The notes under the pieces: model-generated | Told to the model about the DNA's origin: nothing | Databases searched by the model: none | The model's input: only the letters and a program-made list of their open reading frames with translations | Program-made: the position numbers and the translations under genes | Assembly (NCBI GenBank): GCA_963789855.1 | Contig: CAWBMM010000017.1 | Span: forward strand, 111,910-175,909 | Length of the DNA stretch: 64,000 nt | Origin: an uncultured Actinomycetota bacterium | GTDB lineage: Bacteria > Actinomycetota > Actinomycetes > JACCUZ01 | Direction of reading: 5' to 3' | In this document: positions 57,161-64,000 of the stretch, in pieces | How positions within the stretch are numbered: position 1 is the stretch's first letter | How the letters are laid out: each line of letters opens with the position of its first letter

Positions 57161-58045
57161 CTAACCCCCCACCGCGGCCCGGACCACCGGGACGGCGAGC
57201 AGCGCCCCCGTGCCGTCGTCGCCGCGCAGGCCGAGGTCGAGCAGCGGCTCCAGCGACAGCCGGTCGAGCGCGACCTGGTGCGCCGGGTCCGGCGACAGGT
57301 GTCCGGCGAGCCACCAGTCCGGGGCCCGGAACGACAGCCGGGCCGCGACGAGGGCGGCGGCACAGCTGACCGGTCCGTCCAGCACCACCGGCGTACGGCG
57401 GGCGGCCGCCTGCAGCAGCAGCCCGGTCGCGGCCGCGAGGTCCTCCCCGCCCACCGACGCCAGCAGGGCGACCTGGTCCGCCATCACCGGACGGCCCCGC
57501 CGCATGGCGTCCCGGGTCGCCGCACAGGCGACCATCCAGGCCGCGTCGTCCTGACCGGTCGCGGTGACCGCCGACGCGTCGGACCTCGTGAGCAGCCCGA
57601 CGAGCGTCGCCGCCGGCACGGCCAGGTCGGCGTCGGGGAGGGCGAGCACCAGCAGGTCGGCACCGGCGTCGACCTCCTCGTCGGCGAGGCTCGCACCGGC
57701 GAAGACGGCCGCCAGCGCCGCGCTCTCGTCGCAGGCGTCCGACATCTCGACCGGCCGGCCGACGGGTCCGCGCCGGCCGACGACGCGGACCTCGGCCCGG
57801 ACGTCGGCCGCGACCCGCGACGGCCCGGCGGGCAGCTCGTCGGCCAGCACGAGCAGCCGGGTCCGGGCCGGCGGCTGCGCCGGCGCCCGGCCCTGCACGC
57901 CGGCCAGCCAGACGGCCAGGTCGACCAGGCGCCCGCCGTTGCCCTGCCCGGCCAGCAGGCCGCTGGCCTCGCGCCGGGCGTCGTCGTCCGGCCGGTCCAC
58001 GGCGACGGCCAGCTCGTCGACGGTGATCTTCGGAGGGTCGGTCAC
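57161..58045 (-). CDS. CobT-family (nicotinate-nucleotide:dimethylbenzimidazole phosphoribosyltransferase-like) protein, short and motif-divergent
   Basis: Aligns to CobT blocks: GRLVDLAVWLAGVQG...RLLVLADE (cf. LGRLETLAVQLAG...VLVMCADHG); VGGEDLAAATGLLLQAAARRTPVVLDGPVSCAAALVA (cf. [37 protein letters not shown]); SLEPLLDLGLRGDDGTGALLAVPVV (cf. [25 protein letters not shown]). Lacks the GxGNTT block. GTG start overlaps the EcfS stop (GTGA). Confidence 0.6.
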   Translation of the reverse strand: MTDPPKITVDELAVAVDRPDDDARREASGLLAGQGNGGRLVDLAVWLAGVQGRAPAQPPARTRLLVLADELPAGPSRVAADVRAEVRVVGRRGPVGRPVEMSDACDESAALAAVFAGASLADEEVDAGADLLVLALPDADLAVPAATLVGLLTRSDASAVTATGQDDAAWMVACAATRDAMRRGRPVMADQVALLASVGGEDLAAATGLLLQAAARRTPVVLDGPVSCAAALVAARLSFRAPDWWLAGHLSPDPAHQVALDRLSLEPLLDLGLRGDDGTGALLAVPVVRAAVGG

Positions 58046-58886
58046 GGGGACATCGTGCCCACCGGCGGGTCGAACGTCGCGACCGCCTCGAACTCCGCGC
58101 GTCGCGACGCCCGTCGCAGCGCGAGCAGCACCGGGCGCGCGGCCACCGCGACGAGCGCCGCGGTCAGCAGGGCGCGGGGCACGTCGAAGCCCAGCGAGGT
58201 GGCCAGGGTGAAGGCCAGGAACCGGGCCAGGTTCGCGGTGATCGGGTCGCCGGGGACGTAGGAGATGCTGCTGTCCAGCCCGAGGGTGAACGGCCAGAAC
58301 CACAGGTTCATGAGCAGGCCGTAGCCGAGCCCCGCCGCCGCGCCGTACGCCGCCAGCAGCGCCACCTCGGCCCGCCCGGTGGCCCGCGGCAGGCAGCCCG
58401 CCGAGGAAGCCGACCCAGCCGGCGGCGAGCATCTGGAACGGCAGCCACGGCCCGACGCCCGCCGGTGAGCAGGGCCGACGCGAACAGGGTGAGCGCCCCC
58501 AGCACGAAGCCCGAACCCGCGCCCGAGCACCCGCCCGGCGATGACCAGCAGGAAGAACACCGGCTCGAAGCCGGCCACGCCGCCGCCGAGCGGGCGCAGC
58601 GCCGCGCCCACCGCGGCCAGCACGCCGAGCAGCGCGACCGCCTTGGCGTCCATGCCGCCGTCGGCGATCTCGGCCAGCACGACCCCGAGCAGCAGCGGCA
58701 GCAGCAGCGACGAACAGCCACGGCGCGTCGGACCGGCCGGCCAGCGACGAGCCCGGGCTGCACGAACAGCGGCCAGCCGAAGGCGAGCAGGCCGACCGCG
58801 CTGACCACGGTCAGCGCGACGGTGGCCCGCGAGCGCAGTCGCAGCCGCCCGGGTCGCGGGGCTGCCGGTGCAGCGCGGCCGTCGTC
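58042..58886 (-). CDS. Putative ECF-transporter S (substrate-capture) component, 3 or more frameshifts
   Basis: Hydrophobic 5–6 TM protein pieced from three frames: LTVVSAVGLLAFGWPLFVQPGL; VVLAEIADGGMDAKAVALLGVLAAVGAAL; FVLGALTLFASALLTGG; MLAAGWVGFLGG; LLAAYGAAAGLGYGLLMNLWFWPFTLGLDSSISYVPGDP. The position between EcfA and cobT-like supports the assignment. An alternative CobS call was considered (see rejected list). Confidence 0.4.
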
Positions 58887-58887
58887 A

Positions 58888-60506
58888 TCAGCCGGCCCGC
58901 AGCGAGGCTGCGACCTCGGCGACGGTGAGCCACGGCAGCGGTGCCAGCACCTTGGCCACCTGCGGGGCGAACACCGGGGAGGACATGACGACCTCGCGGG
59001 CCGGGCCGTCGCCGACGACCTCGCCGTCGGCGAGCACCACGATGCGGTCGGCGACGTCGGCGGCCAGCTCGACGTCGTGGGTGGCGAGGACCACCGCGTG
59101 GCCGGCCGCCGCCAGGTCGCGCAGCGCGACCACGAGCGCGCTCCTTGGCCGGGGTAGTCGAGCCCGCGGGTCGGCTCGTCGAGCAGCACCACCGGCGGTC
59201 GGCGGCCAGCACCACGGCCAGGGCCAGCGCCAGCCGCTGGCCCTCGGACAGGTCGCGCGGGTGGGTGCCCGCCGAGGCGCCGGGCGACGAGCCGGGCGAG
59301 CAGCGTCGACGCCGTGCCGGCAGGGACACCCGCGTCGTGGTCGGCGTCGGCGCACTCGGCCCCGACGGTGTCGGCGTAGAGCAGGTCGCCCGGCTCCTGG
59401 GGCACCAGGCCGACCCGGCGGACCAGGTCGCCGGGGCCAGCGTGGTGGGGTCGGCCCCGGTCACGGTGACCGACCCGGCCGTCCGGGGCGGCGCAGGCCG
59501 ACCAGGGCGCCAGCAGCGTCGACTTGCCGGCGCCGTTGCGGCCCATGAGGGCGACGACCTCGCCCGGCCCGCAGCCGCAGGTCGACGCCCGCGCAGCGCC
59601 GGCTCGCCGTCGTACCGCACGACCACGCCGCGCGCCTCGCACGACGACGTCGGCGTCGGAGACCGGCGCGACCGGCGGTGTCGGTGCCGGTCGGAGCCGG
59701 GCCGACAGGTCGCCGGCCCGACGGCGGGCGTCGCGCACCGACAGCGGCAGCGGCGACCAGCCGGCCAGCCGGCCCAGCTCGACCACCGGCGGCGCGACCG
59801 GCGCGGTGGCCAGCACCTCGGCGGGCTCGCCGACGACGACCGGCGCGGCCGGCGCCGGGCACCAGGACCACGCGGTCGGCGTACTGCACGACCCGCTCGA
59901 GCCGGTGCTCGGCCAGCAGCACGGTGATGCCGAGGTCGTGCACCAGCCGCTGCAGCGCGGCGAGCACCTCCTCGGCCGCGGCCGGGTCGAGGGCCGAGGT
60001 CGGCTCGTCGAGCACGAGCACCCGCGGGTGCGGCGGTGAGCACCGAGCCGATCGCGACCCGCTGCTGCTGCCCGCCCGAGAGCGTGCTCAGCGGACGGGA
60101 TCGCAGATCGCGCCAGGCCGAGCAGGTCGAGGGTCTCCTCGACCCGGCGGCGCATCACGTCCGGCGCCACGCCGAGGGACTCCATGCCGTAGGCGAGCTC
60201 GTCCTCGACGGTGTCGGTGACGAAGCCGGACAGCGGGTCCTGCCCGACGTACCCCGACGACGTCGGCGAGGTCGCGCGGCCGGTGCTCGCGGGTGTCCCG
60301 TCCGGCGACGGTCACCCGGCCGGTGAGCAGCCCGCCGGTGAAGTGCGGCACCAGGCCGTTGACGGCGCGCAGCAGCGTCGACTTGCCCGACCCGGTGCGG
60401 CCGACGACCAGGCCAGCTCGCCCTCGGGCACGTGCAGGTCGACCCCGGACAGCACCGCGGCGCTGCGGCCCGGGTAGCGCACGCCGACCTGCTCGAACCG
60501 GATCAT
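58888..60506 (-). CDS. Fused tandem ECF-transporter ATPase (EcfA1-EcfA2-like, two ABC nucleotide-binding domains), frameshifted
   Basis: NBD1: MIRFEQVGVRYPG ... GRTGSGKSTLLRAVNGLV (ORF 60088..61062) and LVLDEPTSALDPAAAEEV (ORF 59461..60021). NBD2: MGRNGAGKSTLLA (ORF 58308..60185), VVLLDEPTRGLDY and VLATHDVELAADVADRIVVLADGEVV (ORF 58888..59355). ATG overlaps the EcfT stop (ATGA). Confidence 0.75.
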
Positions 60507-61705
60507 GACCGCCCTCCGGCGGGCGGCAGATCGTTCGCGACGTCGGCGGCAACTCGCCGCGGCGAGTTGCCGCCGAACGTCGCGAACGATCTTGTGCGTC
60601 GGCGGGCGGCGGGGCGACCCAGGCCGGCAGCAGCGCGACGAGCACCGCGAGGGCGGGGACGACGGGCAGCTCGGGAACCACCAGCGGGGACGTCGACGGA
60701 GCCAGCGCCGCCGGGTCGAGGGAGGCTGCGACGAGCACGCCTGCCGCGGCGACGACGCCGCTGGCGGAGACGACCCACTCCTGCAGGCGCCAGGGGTCCG
60801 GGCGGTAGCGGCTGCGGGTCGCCCGCCGGCCGCCGAGAGCCAGCCCGGCGGTCGCGAGCGCCGCGCCGGCGGCCAGCACGGGCAGCCCGAGCGCCGGCCG
60901 GCGACCCGGCATCCAGCAGGCCGAACAGGCCGATGCACACGCCGAGCAGGCCGGCCAGCGTGAGGGCGCCCGACCGTCGCCGACCCCGCCGGTCACCCGC
61001 GTCCCGGCCGAAGCCGCGGGCGTCCATCGCCGCCGCGAGGTCGACCGAGCGCTCCAGCGCACCCTCGAGCACCGGCATGGCCACGCCGCGCAGCCCGCGC
61101 AGGCCGGTGTGCGGCCGGCCGCGCAGCCGGCGGGCGGCCCGCACCCGGCCGACGCCCTCGATCAGCTGCGGCGCGAAGCTGAGCGCCACCACGACCGCCA
61201 CCCCGACCTCGTAGAGCGCACCGGGGACCGACTTCAGCAGCCGGCGCGGGTTGGCCAGCGCGTTCGCGGCGCCGACGCAGGCGAGCATCGTGGCCAGCTG
61301 CAGCCCGGCGTACAGCGCGCCCGCGACAGCCTCCAGGGTCACGTCACCGCCGAGCCGGACACCGGCCGCCCAGCTCGGCAGCCCGACCTCGGGCAGCTGC
61401 AGCAGCGCGTGGCCCGGCACCGGAGCGCCGAGCAGGGCCGCGAAGACGACCCGGATCGCGATGACGACCAGACCCATCTTCAGGTAGAAGCCGTAGGCCT
61501 TGGCCCACGGGGCGTGCGTCCGGCGGGCCGCGACCACGTAGCCCGCGACGGCGAGGATCAGCCCGAGCAGCAGCGGGTTGGTGGTGCGGCTGGCGGCGGT
61601 GGCCAGCCCGATCGCCCACAGCCACCAGGCGCCCGGGTGCAGCGCGCGCAGGTGCCGCAGCGAGGGCAGCGACCGGGGCACCGGCCGGGCTGCGGTGGCC
61701 GTCAC
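60503..61705 (-). CDS. ECF-transporter T component (EcfT/CbiQ family)
   Basis: 400-aa ORF. N-terminal 270 aa is a 5–6 TM CbiQ-like protein (LRHLRALHPGAWWLWAIGLATAASRTTNPLLLGLILAVAGYVVAARR ... ARRLRG ... LEGALERSVDLAAAMDARG, the conserved EcfT coupling helices with the ARG motif). The Arg/Gly-rich tail probably runs past the true start of the next gene. Confidence 0.75.
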   Translation of the reverse strand: MTATAARPVPRSLPSLRHLRALHPGAWWLWAIGLATAASRTTNPLLLGLILAVAGYVVAARRTHAPWAKAYGFYLKMGLVVIAIRVVFAALLGAPVPGHALLQLPEVGLPSWAAGVRLGGDVTLEAVAGALYAGLQLATMLACVGAANALANPRRLLKSVPGALYEVGVAVVVALSFAPQLIEGVGRVRAARRLRGRPHTGLRGLRGVAMPVLEGALERSVDLAAAMDARGFGRDAGDRRGRRRSGALTLAGLLGVCIGLFGLLDAGSPAGARAARAGRRRGARDRRAGSRRPAGDPQPLPPGPLAPAGVGRLRQRRRRRGRRARRSLPRPGGAGSVDVPAGGSRAARRPRPRGARRAAAGLGRPAARRRTRSFATFGGNSPRRVAADVANDLPPAGGRS

Positions 61706-62612
61706 GGCGACGGCCCGCTACGCCGCGAGCGAGCGAGCGCCGCGCCACCGAGCAGCGCCACCAGCAGCCCGCCGGCCGCGAGGCCGACCCACGGCGGGCC
61801 GCCGCCGCTGCTGTCCTGCGCGGCTGCCGGTGCGGCGGTGACCGGGGTGCTGCCCGGCGAGGTGACCTCGCTGGTGGTCGCTGCGCCGCTGGAGGGTGCT
61901 GCCGCGGTAGTGGTGGCTGCGCGGTGGTGGTTGCGGCGCCGCTCGAGGTCGCTGAGCGGCTCGGGGTGGCGCTCGTCGCGGGTGCAGCCGAGTCGGTCGC
62001 CGGCTTGGGATGCTTCCGGGCCCGGGACGTCGCGGACGCCGTCGGGGCGGCCCCCGTCGATGCGGACGCCCGCGTGGTCGGCGGGCTGCTGGTCGGCGTC
62101 CCGGGGCTGGTGGCCTGCGGGCAGACGGTCCGGAAGGCGATGTCCGGCGGCTCGCGGCGGCCGCCCTCCTGCCACACCCACCCCTCGGTGTCGCCGGGCT
62201 TCGGGTCATGGCTGCCGGCGCCACTGGTGGCGTAGACCCAGCGGCTGGAGCCCTTGGCGCGCCACCAGTAGGACCAGTAGGTGTCGGCGGAGTTGCGCGA
62301 GCACTCGGGCAGCCCGTCGAGCTGGCAGACCTGCCCGGGCACCCGGGGCACGAACGCATAGCTGATGCCGGCGTCGGTCAGCGCCTCGAGCCCCGAGCGG
62401 GGGTCACCGGTCGCGCAGCCGGTCTGCACCGTGCCGCCGGCCAGCCGGCCGTCGACGATGACCCCGACGCAGGGCTTGGTCGTCGCGTCGGCCCGTACGG
62501 CCGGCCCGAGCACCGTCGCGGCCAGCGCCAGCACCGACCCCGCACCCCCGAGCATGGCGGGGGCGAGCAGCGCCGCGACGAGCAACCGGGCCGACCGCAC
62601 GGGAGCATGCAC
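61702..62612 (-). CDS. Secreted, C-terminally membrane-anchored protein (possible surface cobalamin-binding accessory, DUF4430-like), frameshift near 62200
   Basis: GTG start at 62612 immediately after the upstream stop. Signal peptide VRSARLLVAALLAPAMLGGAGSVLALAATVLGPAVRA. Domain TKPCVGVIVDGRLAGGTVQTGCATGDPRSGLEALTDAGISYAFVPRVPGQVCQLDGLPE ... TYWSYWW ... GWVWQEGG. Ser/Thr/Pro/Ala linker. C-terminal TM WVGLAAGGLLVALLGGAALARSRRS (ORF 61702..62181). Confidence 0.5.
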
Positions 62613-62614
62613 CC

Positions 62615-63688
62615 CTAGCAGGCCAGCGTCGGCAGGCCCTTGGCGGAGCCGTCCGAGCTGATGTCGGCCAGGGTCGCCTGGGCCAGCGCAGGCACGGCCT
62701 GGCTGGTCGCCCGCACCGGGTCGCCGGAGCTGGCCCGGTCGTAGCGGATCTTTCCGCGCGCCGCGACCGATGCACCGCAGCGCGCCTGCAGGGTCAGCAG
62801 GAACTCCCGTGCCTTCGCCGCCGCCGTGTCGCGGCCGACCGCGGTCAGGGCCTGGGCCGCGAGCGCCGTGCTGTTGGCGTTGCGGCTCCCGTTGCCCGAG
62901 AACGAGCCGTTGGGGTGCTGGTGGCGCTTGAGCCAGCGGCCACCGGCCTCGGCGGCCGCGTCGGCCTTCGGCCCGCCGACGGTCATCAGCGCCTGCACGG
63001 CGAAACCGGTGGCGTCGACCGACGGGGTGCACGGCGTCGCACCGAAGGTCTCCGGGTAGGCGCCGCTCGCACACTGCTGGTCGACGAGGTAGGTCACCGC
63101 GGCGCGGGACGGGCCGCGCTTCGTCGTCCGCTCCAGGCCGATCAGCGCCAGCGACTGGGTGAACGGGCTGCTGAAGTCGCCGAACTGGCTGCGGTCGGAG
63201 AACCGGCCCTTGTCCGCGGCGGGGCAGTCGGTGCGCCCCCGCGTGCCGCACTCGAGGCCGGTCAAGCCGGCGACGAGGTCCTTGCGCGGCCCGGAGCCGA
63301 ACGCCGTCGGGTCGCTGCCCTGCGCTGCGGCGACCACGAGCAGCTTGCTGAACGAGCCGGCGTAGAACTCGGTGGCGACGCCGCCCCCGGTGTAGGCGAG
63401 CACGTGCGCCTTCAGGGCCCGGGTGGCGCGCTTCGCCGCGGCCCGGCCGACCTTGGTGGCGTCGAGGGCGAGGACGGTGTCGGCGGTCACGCCGTAGTCG
63501 GGGCCGAACTGGCCGACCACGACGTTGCTGTCCGGGTCGAGCTGGCGGCCGAGCCAGCCGGCGGCGGCGTCGACCCGGTCGTGGGTCGTGGCGGCCGCGG
63601 CCGAGCCGGGAGTCGACAGCGCGACGGCCGGGGCCGCCAGCAGGGCGATCGCCGCGAGCAGCGGTGTGCGCAGACGGGTGTGGAGCAC
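62615..63688 (-). CDS. Secreted prenyltransferase/squalene-oxidase-repeat (alpha/alpha-toroid) protein
   Basis: GTG start at 63688 with AAAGGA 7 nt upstream. Signal peptide LLAAIALLAAPAVALSTPGSAAAATTHD. Repeated QxxxGxF-type terpenoid-cyclase-like units (DQQCASGAYPETFG, RHQHPNGSFSGNGSRNANSTALAAQAL, GQFGPDYGVTADTVLAL). Confidence 0.6.
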   Translation of the reverse strand: MLHTRLRTPLLAAIALLAAPAVALSTPGSAAAATTHDRVDAAAGWLGRQLDPDSNVVVGQFGPDYGVTADTVLALDATKVGRAAAKRATRALKAHVLAYTGGGVATEFYAGSFSKLLVVAAAQGSDPTAFGSGPRKDLVAGLTGLECGTRGRTDCPAADKGRFSDRSQFGDFSSPFTQSLALIGLERTTKRGPSRAAVTYLVDQQCASGAYPETFGATPCTPSVDATGFAVQALMTVGGPKADAAAEAGGRWLKRHQHPNGSFSGNGSRNANSTALAAQALTAVGRDTAAAKAREFLLTLQARCGASVAARGKIRYDRASSGDPVRATSQAVPALAQATLADISSDGSAKGLPTLAC

Positions 63689-63789
63689 GGTGAGACGTCC
63701 TTTCACGGGAGCGATCCGCGACGGGTCCCTGACGTCCGACCCCGCAACGACGACGCCCCCGACGCGAACGTGTCGCGCGGGGGGCGGAA

Positions 63790-63975
63790 GGTGCGGGCGC
63801 GATGCGCCCGGGCTCCGCCCCGCATACCTCGACGGAATGAGTGGAGCCGCTCGCGCCCGCCCAGGTGCTCCGACTCGCCGCGGTGTCCGGAGGTGCTCTC
63901 CGGCTGCGGCCTACGGTTGCGGGTCAGTGCCGGATTCCGACCGGTCTTCCCCTGCGTGGGCGCGTGTTCAGTTGT
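63790..63975 (-). promoter_or_regulatory. Putative cobalamin (B12) riboswitch in the 5' leader of the prenyltransferase-like/ECF/cobT-like operon
   Basis: The minus-strand transcript reads CAGGGGAAGACCGGUCGGAAUCCGGCACUGACCCGCAACCGUAGG ... GAGUCGGAGCACCUGGGCGGG. This matches the conserved cobalamin-aptamer core (AGGGAA..CGGU...AAUCCG...C.G.CCCGC.AC.GUA) and a B12-box-like element. A GC-rich hairpin GGGCGCAUCGCGCCC and the SD AAAGGA follow. Confidence 0.55.
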
Positions 63976-64000
63976 GGCCGGCCCCACGACGTACGCCGCC

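Noticed and set aside
58042-58886. Possible cobalamin synthase CobS (expected next to cobT)
   Set aside because: It has weak resemblance only (DGGMDAKA versus the CobS DGLADTAD block) and no GxTGD motif. The flanking EcfT and double-ATPase genes make an ECF S-component the better fit, but that call is kept at low confidence.
63703-63987. 94-aa minus-strand ORF at the window end
   Set aside because: It overlaps the predicted cobalamin-riboswitch leader. It has no SD, and its Arg/Gly/Thr-rich translation is not protein-like.

Overview
This window is high-GC (about 70%+) actinobacterial chromosomal DNA with roughly 55 genes. It starts inside a PfaA/PUFA-synthase-like polyketide synthase gene and ends in a cobalamin-riboswitch leader.

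Two things shape how the rest should be read.

- The gene order follows the conserved actinobacterial backbone known from the mycobacterial Rv2207–Rv2225 region: map, panB, nadE, glnA2–glnE, glnA1–RDD–DUF4191–lipA–lipB, dlaT–lpd, pepA, gcvT, cobT. Accessory DNA is inserted into this backbone.
- Many clearly conserved or essential genes (glnA1, pepA, gcvT, dlaT, the multidomain carboxylase, the MMPL transporter, glnE, the MFS transporter, the ECF components) are broken by single-base frameshifts. The most likely explanation is indel errors in the assembly, not gene decay. All CDS coordinates are therefore approximate, and no pseudogene call is trustworthy without resequencing.

The accessory content is where the interesting material sits:

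- **Secondary-lipid locus (1–10311).** The 3' two-thirds of a PfaA-like synthase (four near-identical tandem ACP domains, then KR and DH) is followed by a roughly 1,900-aa single-chain acyl-CoA carboxylase (BC-BCCP-CT) and a convergent Sfp-type phosphopantetheinyl transferase. All four ACP copies carry Thr at the canonical phosphopantetheinyl-Ser position. No stop codon separates the DH C-terminus from the BC N-terminus.
- **Small secreted repeat peptide (19722–19964, minus strand).** A signal peptide followed by four tandem 12-residue repeats with the core AG(A/V)IWNKK.
- **Insertion of about 10 kb between glnE and glnA1.** It carries an MFS transporter, two tandem paralogous secreted glycoside hydrolases, an RDD membrane protein, a 580-aa protein with about 27 tandem 13-residue (R/G)LDLD repeats, a DUF222/HNH (REP13E12-like) endonuclease gene, and a Thr/Val-rich LPXTG surface protein.
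- **Insertion between lipB and dlaT.** MMPL transporter, oxidoreductase, isochorismatase, APH-like phosphotransferase, peptidase E, a secreted Zn-metalloprotease and a divergent Ser/Thr kinase.
- **Putative cobalamin-riboswitch-led six-gene operon on the minus strand.** Secreted prenyltransferase/squalene-oxidase-repeat protein, membrane-anchored secreted protein, EcfT, fused EcfA1A2, EcfS, and a divergent CobT homologue.

No tRNA, rRNA, CRISPR array, integrase or transposase genes were seen.
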